From the UHGV virus genome UHGV-1364457: 60,235 bases of DNA; one strand, 5' to 3'. Below are positions 26,515 to 35,605 of this stretch, in pieces. The stretch's first letter is position 1. The number at the start of each line of letters is the position of its first letter. This DNA comes from a virus. Below the pieces are notes generated by a model. It made no database searches. It had not been told where the DNA came from and saw only the letters and a program-made list of their open reading frames with translations. The translations under genes and the position numbers were made by a program.

Positions 26515-26526
26515 AGACACAAAAAA

Positions 26527-26563
26527 ATCCCCCTCCCGGCGCGAACCGAGAGGGGGATTTTTG
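26527..26563 (+). terminator. Rho-independent terminator
   Basis: TCCCCCTC-ccggcgcgaaccga-GAGGGGGATTTTT. Confidence 0.55.
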
Positions 26564-26597
26564 AGCTTGGTAGCATAGCGGTAGCACAGCACAAGAA

Positions 26598-26636
26598 AAG
26601 GGGTTACACATAATGGTGTAACCCCTTGTTTTTTCT
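26598..26636 (+). terminator. Rho-independent terminator
   Basis: GGGGTTACAC-ataat-GGTGTAACCCC-TTGTTTTTT. Confidence 0.6.
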
Positions 26637-26667
26637 GGTGCGCCCGACAAGAATCGAACTTGTGGCC
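26636..26667 (-). other. 3'-terminal fragment of a tRNA gene (T-arm, acceptor 3' strand, CCA): attP/att core candidate
   Basis: Reverse complement GGCCACAAGTTCGATTCTTGTCGGGCGCACCA = T-stem ACAAG / loop TTCGATT / CTTGT, then CGGGCGC-A-CCA. No matching 5' acceptor strand upstream. Confidence 0.5.
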
Positions 26668-26814
26668 TACAGCTTAGGAGGCTAACAAAGCACTTTTCCT
26701 AGCATATCCTCTGGTATCCTGCGATAGCCTAATCTCATAATTCTCGTGAGTTATATTTCCTAGGCTATCCTTTGCTATCCTGACGTATCCGCCTTATGGT
26801 AGCACAGCGGTAGC

Positions 26815-27918
26815 ATGGGAGGTAGCATGGCAAAACGCGAGAAAACGAAATACCCCGGTGTCTATGAACGGGTACTTATTGATAGAAATGGAAAAGCTGA
26901 TGTGGCATTTGACATCGCATATCGTCACAATTCGAGAAAGATATGGGAGACTGTAGGGAGAAAAAGTGAGGGCGTCAATGCTTCTTATGCTTCTCGTATT
27001 CGTGGTGAACGCCTAAGGCATATAGAGAATAATGACTTTGTGGCTCCGGGTAATGTCCCCACTTTTAAACAGGCTGCGCATCGTTTCTTGACAGTGCATA
27101 TGGCGGGTAAGGCGTCCGCAAAAAATATGACCGGATACCTTGAACACCATATTATACCGATCTTCGGAGATGCGAGAATGGATAAAATCCGTCCCATGCA
27201 CATCGAAGAACTGAAAAAGGCTATTCAAAATAAAGGACTTTCTCCTCAGACAGAAAAGCATGTAATCGGATTTGTCAGGCAGGTTTATAGAAAAGCAAAA
27301 TTATGGGGAGTGTATGCGGGCAGTATCCCCACGGAAGGGGTGCAGCTTCCGGCAGTTGACTCCGCACGGCTTCGCTTCTTGACTGAAAAAGAAGCGCGGA
27401 TTTTGCTAGATGAATTAAAAAAAAGAAGCCCGCAATGGCACGATATTGCCTATGTTTCTTTGTATACGGGAATGCGGCTTAGAGAAGTTTTAAGCCTGAA
27501 GGTGGGGCATGTAAACATTGCCGCGAGGATTATCAACGTCATGGACGCGAAAGCGGGAACGCGGGCAGCTTACATGAATGAAGAGGTGCAGCGTATTTTT
27601 TTACGTCGTTGCGACGGGAAGGATACGGAGGGATTTGTTTTTGAGCAAAAAGGAGGGGGACATATCCGGTACATTTCGTCTGCATTCAAACGGACTGCGG
27701 ACATGCTCTTTAACGAAGGTATAACTGACGCAAGGTACAAAGTCGTTTTTCATACCTTGCGTCATACTTTTGGATCTTGGTTGGCACAGAAAGGAGTACC
27801 GCTGTACACAATCGCGGAACTCATGGGGCATTCCACACTTGAGATGACAAAACGGTACTCTAAACTTTCACCGGACACTAAAAGGGATGCCCTATCCCTG
27901 TTGCCAAACATTACATAA
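26815..27918 (+). CDS. int: Tyrosine site-specific integrase
   Basis: C-terminal HTLRHTFGSWLAQKGVPLYTIAELMGHSTLEMTKRY carries the R..H..R..Y catalytic pattern. Next to the att core. Confidence 0.8.
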   Translation: MGGSMAKREKTKYPGVYERVLIDRNGKADVAFDIAYRHNSRKIWETVGRKSEGVNASYASRIRGERLRHIENNDFVAPGNVPTFKQAAHRFLTVHMAGKASAKNMTGYLEHHIIPIFGDARMDKIRPMHIEELKKAIQNKGLSPQTEKHVIGFVRQVYRKAKLWGVYAGSIPTEGVQLPAVDSARLRFLTEKEARILLDELKKRSPQWHDIAYVSLYTGMRLREVLSLKVGHVNIAARIINVMDAKAGTRAAYMNEEVQRIFLRRCDGKDTEGFVFEQKGGGHIRYISSAFKRTADMLFNEGITDARYKVVFHTLRHTFGSWLAQKGVPLYTIAELMGHSTLEMTKRYSKLSPDTKRDALSLLPNIT

Positions 27919-28186
27919 CCTTCTGGCGATGGTGTTCAAGCCATTTTTTGATAGATTCATGCGTATATGCAACGGGACTGTTGTCTGTAACTTGAACAAA
28001 AGCCGGACCCTCGCGGTTTCTACGAAGTTTTTCAAGAGTAGACTTACCTATGGGGTATACTTTTGCGGCTTCTTCAGTCGTGATATAAGGTTTAGCGAGA
28101 ATTCGTTGTGTTTCTGCGAACTCTGATAGTGCAGCAGAAAAAGCCATATTGAGTTGTTCTTGCGGAATATTATGAAGCGTTTCCAT
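27911..28186 (-). CDS. xis: Excisionase / AlpA-type HTH DNA-binding protein
   Basis: ITTEEAAKVYPIGKSTLEKLRRNREGPAFVQV. AAGGAG RBS before ATG 28186. Confidence 0.55.
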   Translation of the reverse strand: METLHNIPQEQLNMAFSAALSEFAETQRILAKPYITTEEAAKVYPIGKSTLEKLRRNREGPAFVQVTDNSPVAYTHESIKKWLEHHRQKVM

Positions 28187-28202
28187 CCTTTCTCCTTTCA
28201 TC

Positions 28203-28697
28203 CTACGCGGCCCGCTCGTACACCCGCGTCCCAATCTCAGCGATTCGCGGGTCTACCTTTTCGAGCGCATTGCACAGCGTGGTCAGCGTCTTGAGCAGGT
28301 TGTGCCAGTGAAGGCCCCGGAAGTAGGCGGGGCAGGTGTTCCGGGCGTCTTCGAGAAAGGTCAGCCCGGCCCACATCCCGGCGCCCCATTGCGTCCAACG
28401 GGAAGCGTCCCCGGCAGCGGCCTGAACATCCCCGACGTGCCCAGCAAGGATATGGAACCGGGCATCCAGATCTCGCTTCGCGCCTGCGGAGAGTCTGCGC
28501 TTCTGCGTGTCGTCCGCGCATCGGTCGATCCAGCGGTTGACCTTCTCGACTTGTCTGCCAAGGTCGCCAAGCTGTGCCAGCATTTCTGGCTTGAGGAGGG
28601 ATAGCGCCACGGTGATCATGGACAAGGCCAGAACACAGCGGGTGTGCTGGATGGCCTCGTGCGGGTACGGGATTACGGGGTTGATGGGTCTTCGCAT
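28203..28697 (-). CDS. Hypothetical early protein
   Basis: GGAGGAG RBS 4 nt before ATG 28697. Start chosen inside the longer ORF. Confidence 0.45.
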   Translation of the reverse strand: MRRPINPVIPYPHEAIQHTRCVLALSMITVALSLLKPEMLAQLGDLGRQVEKVNRWIDRCADDTQKRRLSAGAKRDLDARFHILAGHVGDVQAAAGDASRWTQWGAGMWAGLTFLEDARNTCPAYFRGLHWHNLLKTLTTLCNALEKVDPRIAEIGTRVYERAA

Positions 28698-28732
28698 GTT
28701 CTCCTCCAGAAAAAGGAAAGCCCCTTTCGGGG

Positions 28733-29203
28733 CTACTTCGGTTCGCGGGGTTCGGGTATATACCTCATATTCCATGCGTCGCGCATATCTTTGGCGCTAT
28801 GCCATCCGATAGATCTGACAATATGCGATGCTATGCCCAGCCATTCTGCATGGTATGGTGGAGCCCCGATATATCGACCATGGTAGATTACAGTCGGAAG
28901 TTTCCCGGTGAAGGGGCATGGAAGCAAGCCAAGGCCGCCCCATACGACTCCCTTTTCCCCTTCCGGCTCATTTGGCGACGCAACGCGCCATTCCAGCCCA
29001 TTGGGGATATGCCATTTCCATCCGTCCCATCTCGCACAACTCGGAAAATAAATATCAGGTTGGCATAGGGGAGAAAAGAGTTTCTCCGACCACTCCGGCT
29101 GCATGACCAGTCCCAGAATCTCCTGTGCGGGGATACGCCAGCGATATACTAGCTTGGCATCCGTAGGCTGCTGCTCGCTCCACAACGTCCAGCTATCCAT
29201 CAT
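28733..29203 (-). CDS. Hypothetical Trp-rich protein, paralogous C-terminus (..IPEPREPK)
   Basis: AAGGAGG RBS before ATG 29203. Shares its C-terminal module with 29193..29609. Confidence 0.45.
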   Translation of the reverse strand: MMDSWTLWSEQQPTDAKLVYRWRIPAQEILGLVMQPEWSEKLFSPLCQPDIYFPSCARWDGWKWHIPNGLEWRVASPNEPEGEKGVVWGGLGLLPCPFTGKLPTVIYHGRYIGAPPYHAEWLGIASHIVRSIGWHSAKDMRDAWNMRYIPEPREPK

Positions 29204-29609
29204 ATCCTCCTTGTTCCTTCGGTTCGCGGGGTTCGGGGATGGGGCCTGCCCATTGTCCATGCAGAATGGACATCCAGTTACCAACACCTCCAATCACAGC
29301 ATATAATTCGTTCATTTTACGAGAGTCATGCTTGATCCTTGCGATGCGGATGCCATATTCATCCTTGAACCAATACCACCCCGGCACCTTCGGAGGCTCT
29401 GTCGTCAACTCCAGCGCTCGGGGCAGGGCGTTCCACGATGCTGCGGCCTTTTCTCTGGAGCCGTGCTCACTTGTGGTCAAACATCCCCGCGTGCAGTATG
29501 CGGACCAGCCTATTGCGACGTGTCCCTTGCCGTCTCTCTCGAATGAGTCGATGATGTCCGCTTTCCCTCCACACGCCGGGCACGGTAGCAACGTCAGTTC
29601 TTCGGACAT
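29193..29609 (-). CDS. Lar-family restriction alleviation-like zinc-ribbon protein with paralogous C-terminal module
   Basis: N-terminus LLPCPACGGKADII...GWSAYCTRGC. C-terminus ..GPIPEPREPK. Confidence 0.5.
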   Translation of the reverse strand: MSEELTLLPCPACGGKADIIDSFERDGKGHVAIGWSAYCTRGCLTTSEHGSREKAAASWNALPRALELTTEPPKVPGWYWFKDEYGIRIARIKHDSRKMNELYAVIGGVGNWMSILHGQWAGPIPEPREPKEQGGYDG

Positions 29610-29812
29610 GATTCCTCCAGTATCTTTCTGATTGTCAGAAGTGAATCATCTACATAGAGAAGATCGTTGATAGCTAATTTGAGCAAGTCTTGATACCGTC
29701 GATGCTTTCCACATCGCTTCTTCATTTCTCTAAGATGTTCGACGATTGCCCCGATTTCCCATTGCCGCTGCTCAAGTTCCGCATCAAGTCCGTTCAGCGC
29801 GTGCTCTTTCAT
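29594..29812 (-). CDS. Hypothetical small protein
   Basis: 72 aa. Overlap coupling with neighbours. Confidence 0.4.
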   Translation of the reverse strand: MKEHALNGLDAELEQRQWEIGAIVEHLREMKKRCGKHRRYQDLLKLAINDLLYVDDSLLTIRKILEESCPKN

Positions 29813-30273
29813 CTCCCTCCCTCCACGGCTTTGCGGGCGGCTTCTACAAGACCATACAGACTTCCGTAATCGCTAGCCGTTCCGTTAAATGCTACAGCGG
29901 CTATCCAAAGATTGGACTGTTCCAGCAAATACGCCTTCCGCTCCGCTGCTTCCAGTTGAGCCTTGACCTGTTTGTCTGTTTCATCGCAATCGTCGATGTG
30001 ACCAGAACCGCCACACCAAGGGCAGTTATATCTTTCGGTAAATTCTTCTTCGGTCATGTGAGTATGACCGGGCAACGGCGACGGGATTTCCCAGCCCCAT
30101 GCTGCGGCTGCTACTTCTGACATGGTGACGGCGTGTTTCCGAGCTAGTTCCAATTCCCGGCACAGCCTGAAAACCGTAGCCGCCGGACTAAGTTTGTCGA
30201 GTTCCTTGGAGTCTCCGAGCATGTCGCCAATGGCGGCGGCCCGGAGACTGGCGAGCTCTTCGGTGGTGATCAT
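29809..30273 (-). CDS. Hypothetical protein with CxxC zinc-ribbon
   Basis: YNCPWCGGSGH. Start set at MITTEEL (ATGA coupling with the upstream gene). Confidence 0.45.
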   Translation of the reverse strand: MITTEELASLRAAAIGDMLGDSKELDKLSPAATVFRLCRELELARKHAVTMSEVAAAAWGWEIPSPLPGHTHMTEEEFTERYNCPWCGGSGHIDDCDETDKQVKAQLEAAERKAYLLEQSNLWIAAVAFNGTASDYGSLYGLVEAARKAVEGGR

Positions 30274-30614
30274 TCTTTTGGCTCCGTAGCTTGATATGCG
30301 TCTTGGAGGACTTCTTCCGACGTCCTTATCACCCATTCTCCTGAGCAAGAAACCTCGCCGCTTGCCTCTTCGGAAAGGTATTTCACCATCTCCACCAGCC
30401 TCGGCACGGCGTTGCACGCGGCGACGATGTAGGCGGCGTTATCCGGTTCTGTGGACATGTATTTCATCCGGCAGATGATGCGCTCTTCTTTATCGGTGAT
30501 GTAGTATTCTTCTTCATCCTCTCCAAAAAAGAGTTTCTTCCTGAGATAATAGGGCGGCATGATCGCCGCCTTCCTCAGCCGTTCAAGCTCGTCAAGCCAT
30601 TCCTGTGCTGTCAT
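30270..30614 (-). CDS. Hypothetical protein
   Basis: GGGGGG RBS before ATG 30614. Confidence 0.4.
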   Translation of the reverse strand: MTAQEWLDELERLRKAAIMPPYYLRKKLFFGEDEEEYYITDKEERIICRMKYMSTEPDNAAYIVAACNAVPRLVEMVKYLSEEASGEVSCSGEWVIRTSEEVLQDAYQATEPKE

Positions 30615-30799
30615 TGGTTCCCCCCCCGGTATATTTGTTTCAAAGTCGTTGCATATCCCGCGTGCTTGCAAAACCTGCACTCATCCTTTTGACGCGGCCT
30701 GTAGCCACAGGCATTCTGCCTGTCCCGCACAAGTTCCCGTTCGAGCTTGTGGGCTTCTGTGAGGGAGTTGACCACGATTACGATTTGGGGTTCAGGCAT
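30611..30799 (-). CDS. Small Cys-containing protein
   Basis: AGGAG RBS. 62 aa. ACGY...CRFCKHAG. Confidence 0.35.
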   Translation of the reverse strand: MPEPQIVIVVNSLTEAHKLERELVRDRQNACGYRPRQKDECRFCKHAGYATTLKQIYRGGNQ

Positions 30800-31008
30800 C
30801 CTCTCTTCTCCTGCGCGCTGTTCAACACTTCTTCCCAAGCTTGAGGAGTAACGTCTGAGCACCACACCTCTTTCATAGGGCAATTTTCTGTTTCTTCGCC
30901 ATGTAGCGGGCATCGAGTATAAACCGATGCACTGATTTTGCACATATATGCCAGCGCAATCGCCTTTTTCGAGCACTTCATGATTTCATCAAGAGTGGTT
31001 TCGTTCAT
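30778..31008 (-). CDS. Hypothetical small protein
   Basis: GAGGAG RBS before ATG 31008. Confidence 0.4.
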   Translation of the reverse strand: MNETTLDEIMKCSKKAIALAYMCKISASVYTRCPLHGEETENCPMKEVWCSDVTPQAWEEVLNSAQEKRGCLNPKS

Positions 31009-31363
31009 TGTCCATCTCCTCTTCAACGTACAAGCGGGCGTGCTTCAACCCGCAGCGGGTAGCCTGAGTGCCAAATCGGTTATAGTTACCATCACAATTG
31101 TCAGGGCAGTCACCAGCATAACCGTAAGGGCAATCATAGTCGTATTGGAGACAGGGTTGCGCTCCGTTTGCAGCGACCACCGCCACTCTCGCCTCGAACT
31201 CGGCGGCGTCGCGGTAGTCTGGACAAAGAGACAGCCCGTACAAACTTCTGGAACGACAAGAAGAGCACAGTTCATAATAGCCAACCCGATTCGGACAAGT
31301 ATCACAATGTTGGGTGCGTTTCTTCCGCTCCTCCAGCCACTTTTTTTCCTGTTTCGTCAGCAT
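30989..31363 (-). CDS. Cys-rich (multi-CxxC) protein
   Basis: HCDTCPNR...CSSC...CPDY...CPYGYAGDCPDNCDG. GGGGTG RBS. Confidence 0.45.
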   Translation of the reverse strand: MLTKQEKKWLEERKKRTQHCDTCPNRVGYYELCSSCRSRSLYGLSLCPDYRDAAEFEARVAVVAANGAQPCLQYDYDCPYGYAGDCPDNCDGNYNRFGTQATRCGLKHARLYVEEEMDNERNHS

Positions 31364-31468
31364 ATTTCACCCCACGCGTTGTTCATGCAGCCGCGCCCCT
31401 GCACACCATCCAGACCACCCACATGAAGAAGGCGACCCACACCCACGTGAGCCGCCTTTCCCATTTCG

Positions 31469-31738
31469 TCATTCATCCACCTTTTCATAGGTGGCTTCAA
31501 AGATGTCAGGCTTGCATGGATACAGCTCACCTTTAATGCCCCGGATGATGTAGTCACCGGGTGATGCGAGATGCTGACCTTCAAGCGTGAAGATGATGAG
31601 GTCGCCGTCTTCATTGACCAGCAACTCGCGGCAGGAACCGCCATTCAGGGCTTCTACCTCAGCGAAGTTGTTGTTTCCATGTCCATCTCTCCACCATTGG
31701 ACGGCCTCAATCACAACGGGTCTTTTTCTGTATTTCAT
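31469..31738 (-). CDS. Hypothetical small protein
   Basis: ATGA coupling. PGDYIIRGIKGELYPCKPDIFEATYE motif. Confidence 0.45.
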   Translation of the reverse strand: MKYRKRPVVIEAVQWWRDGHGNNNFAEVEALNGGSCRELLVNEDGDLIIFTLEGQHLASPGDYIIRGIKGELYPCKPDIFEATYEKVDE

Positions 31739-32052
31739 TTGATGTATTCCCAATTCTTGGCGACGAAAAAACTTTTCATTCCATCCTTGAAATAGGCCAC
31801 ATCGGAATAGGGGTCAGCTTCTTCATCAGTGCATGGTTCGACGCGCTCAAACAGCGGGCCTTGACGGAGAAGGGTGATTCCCCAGATACCCATTCCTCCC
31901 TTTCCATACTTCACTTCAAGGGCAGTTCCATCGGAACCGACGATCAGAACACCGCGTTCTTTTTCGTCAGTGCCGTAACATCCGATCTCGTCATTGATGT
32001 GGCCTTCAATTTCAATGAGATCATCACTGCAACCATAGATTTTTGTTTCCAT
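31735..32052 (-). CDS. Hypothetical protein
   Basis: 105 aa. Coupled operon member. Confidence 0.4.
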   Translation of the reverse strand: METKIYGCSDDLIEIEGHINDEIGCYGTDEKERGVLIVGSDGTALEVKYGKGGMGIWGITLLRQGPLFERVEPCTDEEADPYSDVAYFKDGMKSFFVAKNWEYIK

Positions 32053-32133
32053 ATTTTTAGCGTGATTCGTATGCGCGGCCCACGGTTTGGGGTATGAAAA
32101 GCCCCGCCGGGGGAAGGCGGGGCGTGGGGTGCT

Positions 32134-32514
32134 TCAATATTGAGGTAACTGTCCGATCTTTTGGAGATAGTTATATCGAGAGCAAACAGTATGCAGATCA
32201 TGTGCGGGAATATACGCTGCACATCCTTCGCGTTTTTCCCCGGTTGCTTTCAACGGACAATCTGCGAAATATGTACCTTCACCATCGCAGTGTTCGCAGC
32301 TTGTGCACTTTCCGATAATGCTGTCGATCTCGTATCCGTGTAGGTCTTCAAAGTTACATACAAATTCTTCCACAGAAGCATTGTCTTTACAGTCATCAAG
32401 ACATCTTTCAGCTTGCTGATATGTATGATACTCTTTATGACATATCGGACAAACGTATTTTTTTACTTTCATACTTTCTCCGCAATCCTCAGCTTGCTTG
32501 CGGGAACCGTCCAT
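32134..32514 (-). CDS. Cys-rich zinc-finger-like protein
   Basis: CPICHKEY...CLDDC...CTSCEHCDGEG...C. Confidence 0.45.
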   Translation of the reverse strand: MDGSRKQAEDCGESMKVKKYVCPICHKEYHTYQQAERCLDDCKDNASVEEFVCNFEDLHGYEIDSIIGKCTSCEHCDGEGTYFADCPLKATGEKREGCAAYIPAHDLHTVCSRYNYLQKIGQLPQY

Positions 32515-32720
32515 TTCCCCTCGTATCCGTACACGGTGACGTACATAGCCTTGCGTCCCTTCCCGAAATCACGGGGATATGGGGCTGTGGAGGCCGTCAC
32601 GGTGACGGTTTGACGTTCGCCGCCTACCTTGGCTCGGTAGAGGAAACGACGCCCCGGAATTATCGATGCCAAATCAGGACATTTTAGTCTGATTTCTGGG
32701 AGGGCGTCGGTGTCGGGCAT
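32469..32720 (-). CDS. Hypothetical small protein
   Basis: GGAGAA RBS before ATG 32720. Confidence 0.35.
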   Translation of the reverse strand: MPDTDALPEIRLKCPDLASIIPGRRFLYRAKVGGERQTVTVTASTAPYPRDFGKGRKAMYVTVYGYEGKWTVPASKLRIAEKV

Positions 32721-33022
32721 AGTGCATTCTCCATACAATTTGGGCAATTGTACTCTGTGACCGGGACGTTCACGGTATAGCTGAAAGCTCCAAATTTCAG
32801 GTTGAGCATGACCTTATGCTCACCGTCGCAAACATGATAGGTCTGCGTTGCCTTTAGGCCCTTAGCAAAGGCTATCATTCCGCCTATGCTTGCGCCCATG
32901 AACAGCAAGCAATTTGCGATGACGCAAAGAGTCAGTCCAATTGTGCGGAAATCAAAAAGAACTCCAACGAAAGCACCGCATAGACCTATAATAAGACAAA
33001 ATATAAGCAAATTCCCCATCAT
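32684..33022 (-). CDS. Small integral membrane protein (3 TM)
   Basis: Strongly hydrophobic N-terminal two thirds. C-terminal CPNC. Confidence 0.45.
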   Translation of the reverse strand: MMGNLLIFCLIIGLCGAFVGVLFDFRTIGLTLCVIANCLLFMGASIGGMIAFAKGLKATQTYHVCDGEHKVMLNLKFGAFSYTVNVPVTEYNCPNCMENALCPTPTPSQKSD

Positions 33023-33066
33023 ATCACCTCAAAAGAAAGGCCCGGTGGTGAGCCGGGCCGGGGTGG

Positions 33067-33972
33067 TTATTCGGCCCACGCCGGGCATCCGGCGCGCTGT
33101 TCGCAGTCGGAGCACGTCCAGTCGCTGACCTGCTTTTCAGTTTTCGGACAGGTGATCAGATTGACGGGTTGCGCTTCCGGCGTGCTTCCCGTGAGTGCCG
33201 CGTTTAGGCCATCTGTCGGCGTCAATTCAGGAAGAACAAGTTGGGATTCCCCGCGTTCTGACTTGTCGTCGAGGTCAACGGCCATTGCCAGCATTTCCGT
33301 CTGAGGAAGCCAAGCGGCAAGACGTTTGATGGCTGTCTTCATCCACATGGCTTCTGGAGAAGAAATCCACGGGCTGTCCTTTCCATACTTTTTGTTCGCG
33401 GCGAGACTGGCGCTAGTCTTTTGTGCGCGCTCGATGTCCTTTTTATCAACAAGTCGAAGCATCCCCTCACCGCCGCCCTTGAGCGTACATGCTGCATAGG
33501 CCGCAATAAGTTCTCCCTCGCGGGCTTCTGGATGCAGTAGATCGACTTTGTGGGTAATGGTTGGTGTGATCCCTTTACGGTATTCGAACATACCGTTTTC
33601 AACCTCAGCCCTGTATACAACATCGGCATTGAATGATGAGACAATGCCAGAACGATATACGAGCTGTAGAAACCCTTTGTATCCAATTTGAAATTGGCAT
33701 TCATCCTTATAGGGAATAAGATATGCCAATTCCTGCGGCGTATTGGGCTCAAGGTTGAGCTGTGCACAGTTCATAAGAGCCGCTGCAAAGCTTTCTTGCG
33801 AGCACTTCATGAGTTTTGGATTTTTACGGACAGCGGTCAGGCAGATACGTGCAAAACGTTCTGCCTTGATTTTTCGATCCCGTTCCGATGTACCATTCAT
33901 CACCAAAGCAATGGCGGGCATCTGTGATTTAATAAGGTCTGTGATATTGTTCTGCTGTACAAGTTGACTCAT
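33067..33972 (-). CDS. recT: RecT-family single-strand annealing recombinase
   Basis: RecT-like sequence throughout (ICLTAVRKNPKL...YLIPYKDECQFQIGYKGF...). AGGAG RBS before ATG 33972. Confidence 0.7.
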   Translation of the reverse strand: MSQLVQQNNITDLIKSQMPAIALVMNGTSERDRKIKAERFARICLTAVRKNPKLMKCSQESFAAALMNCAQLNLEPNTPQELAYLIPYKDECQFQIGYKGFLQLVYRSGIVSSFNADVVYRAEVENGMFEYRKGITPTITHKVDLLHPEAREGELIAAYAACTLKGGGEGMLRLVDKKDIERAQKTSASLAANKKYGKDSPWISSPEAMWMKTAIKRLAAWLPQTEMLAMAVDLDDKSERGESQLVLPELTPTDGLNAALTGSTPEAQPVNLITCPKTEKQVSDWTCSDCEQRAGCPAWAE

Positions 33973-34799
33973 GCTGCGAATCTCCTCTTGTAAGCCCATT
34001 CGGGCAGGTCAAGATCGATGATTTCAGAAACGTATCCGGGCCAGAGGCCGGACTTGGTGCAGGATGCGTATGTGCTGAGTGCGTCCTTGATTTCTTCAAG
34101 TCCGACCTGCTGCGCGGCCTCGCTGACGTTGGCGGCGGTGACAAGGTGGGGGGCGGTCTTTTCGACGGCGACGAGCACAAATACGCTGGAGTCCATGCCC
34201 ACGGCCCGGAGTGCGCGGCGGTACCATACTGCCTGTCTGTGATATCCCCACTTGAGTACAGAGCGGGCCAACCCTTCCGGGCTGGCGTCGTCCGTGCTTT
34301 TAAGGTCAACGGCGACGAGCCCGAACCCCGGCACGGTTGCAAGCATGTCCAGCCGGGCCTTGCATGGAATTTCGAGCCCGTCCACGGTTTCGCTCCAGTA
34401 TATAGAGACTTCCGTCCGCTTATCCTTTGCAGTCATCAACTTGCCGATCAAAGGATGAATCAGAACGGATTCCGCCATTGCCGAAGCTGCATTGTGTATT
34501 TTGGCTGGCACCAGTTCCAGCCCTGCGGCCTTGGCGGTCGCGGTTTCTTCCTTGCCCGCCTTGGTTGAGCCGTTGAATTGCTTTACAGAGTACCGTTTGC
34601 CGAATTCTCCGGGTTCGAGTGCAAGGCAGTGGAAAACAGAACCGAAAAGGAATGCTTCCGTTTCCTCTTCTGTAACGCCGTCCATCCAAGCTTTGAATTT
34701 TGCGGGGGCCTGCCGGAGCTTGTCCATGCCGCTTTTGCTGATGGCGCGGGTGGCGTGGTAGGTTTCTGGCGGTTCATTGAGCCGCATTTCCGGTTTCAT
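33969..34799 (-). CDS. YqaJ-type (lambda-exonuclease-like, PD-(D/E)xK) recombination exonuclease
   Basis: Paired with RecT through an ATGA overlap. GLVAVDLKST...KWGYHRQ motifs. Confidence 0.65.
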   Translation of the reverse strand: MKPEMRLNEPPETYHATRAISKSGMDKLRQAPAKFKAWMDGVTEEETEAFLFGSVFHCLALEPGEFGKRYSVKQFNGSTKAGKEETATAKAAGLELVPAKIHNAASAMAESVLIHPLIGKLMTAKDKRTEVSIYWSETVDGLEIPCKARLDMLATVPGFGLVAVDLKSTDDASPEGLARSVLKWGYHRQAVWYRRALRAVGMDSSVFVLVAVEKTAPHLVTAANVSEAAQQVGLEEIKDALSTYASCTKSGLWPGYVSEIIDLDLPEWAYKRRFAA

Positions 34800-34981
34800 C
34801 GCATGGCCTCCATCCCGTACAAGATCTGTGGAAGAATGCAGATACCGAGCATGACAGCCATAAAGATGATGACCGCAGCAACTCTAGCCCGGTCAACCTT
34901 TTTAGGCCGTTCCAGTGATACCTTGGCGTGCTTCATGTAGACGTTGGAAATCATGCCGTCGCCTCCGTCTCTCTCAGCCAT
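34796..34981 (-). CDS. Small membrane protein
   Basis: 61 aa. ATGA coupling. C-terminal TM segment. Confidence 0.35.
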   Translation of the reverse strand: MAERDGGDGMISNVYMKHAKVSLERPKKVDRARVAAVIIFMAVMLGICILPQILYGMEAMR

Positions 34982-35133
34982 TGTTCCGCTGCCTTGCGCA
35001 CGCTGGCCTTTCTTGTCGTGTCACGGATACGTTCAAGACGTTCCCGGAGCGTTGTACCTTTGCGCTTCCCGGTGAGCACGGGATGGCTACGGGTAAAGTC
35101 GTCTGCGTGAGATATGGTCATAGTCATATTCAT
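34951..35133 (-). CDS. Small basic protein
   Basis: 60 aa. Overlaps neighbours. Confidence 0.3.
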   Translation of the reverse strand: MNMTMTISHADDFTRSHPVLTGKRKGTTLRERLERIRDTTRKASVRKAAEQWLRETEATA

Positions 35134-35374
35134 ACACTTCTCTCCTGCGTTGAAGTCTGGATCGGCGTCCCAATCCCGTTTCCTGCCCCGGAATCCGGGG
35201 CAAGTGCGGGGCTAGGCCGGGTTTCACGGCTCCAATCCTTTTTGTCTTCGCCGTGTGTGCTCCGCCCATGCTTTCGCTACCAGAGGCCAACGCCATGCCG
35301 CATGATGCGGGTACAACGTCGCGCTTGGGGGCATCTTCGCGCTGATTGTCAAAGAACCGTGCGGAGCTACGGGG

Positions 35375-35605
35375 CTACCAAGCCCTGCACAGCGTCGCCG
35401 GGAAATCGATTCCGGGGCGCACGCCGAAGTATTCCGGCGTCCATTCGGCATCGTCATCATCCCAAGGTTCAGCCTGATCCTCTTCTTCGCCGGGAAAATC
35501 GCTGATGTACTGGCGGGCATCTTCGAGGCAGTCGAGATGTTCGATTTCGATTGCTCCGGTTGATGTCGCGGTCAGAACCGTGCAGGGCGTAGAAAAAGCG
35601 GTCAT
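35375..35605 (-). CDS. Small acidic protein
   Basis: AAGGAG RBS before ATG 35605. Confidence 0.4.
   Translation of the reverse strand: MTAFSTPCTVLTATSTGAIEIEHLDCLEDARQYISDFPGEEEDQAEPWDDDDAEWTPEYFGVRPGIDFPATLCRAW

Larger units (their letters stand above)
26568..26830. repeat. Direct repeats GGTAGCAYAGCGGTAGCA flanking the att core, plus TATCCT arm-like repeats
   Basis: GGTAGCATAGCGGTAGCACAGCAC at 26568-26591. GGTAGCACAGCGGTAGCATGGGAGGTAGCATGGC at 26798-26831. At least five (G/C/A)TATCC(T) motifs between 26703 and 26790. Confidence 0.4.

Noticed and set aside
26636-26712. A complete tRNA gene at the att site
   Set aside because: Only the T-arm, acceptor 3' strand and CCA are present. No complementary 5' acceptor strand, D-arm or anticodon arm could be folded from the upstream 45 nt.
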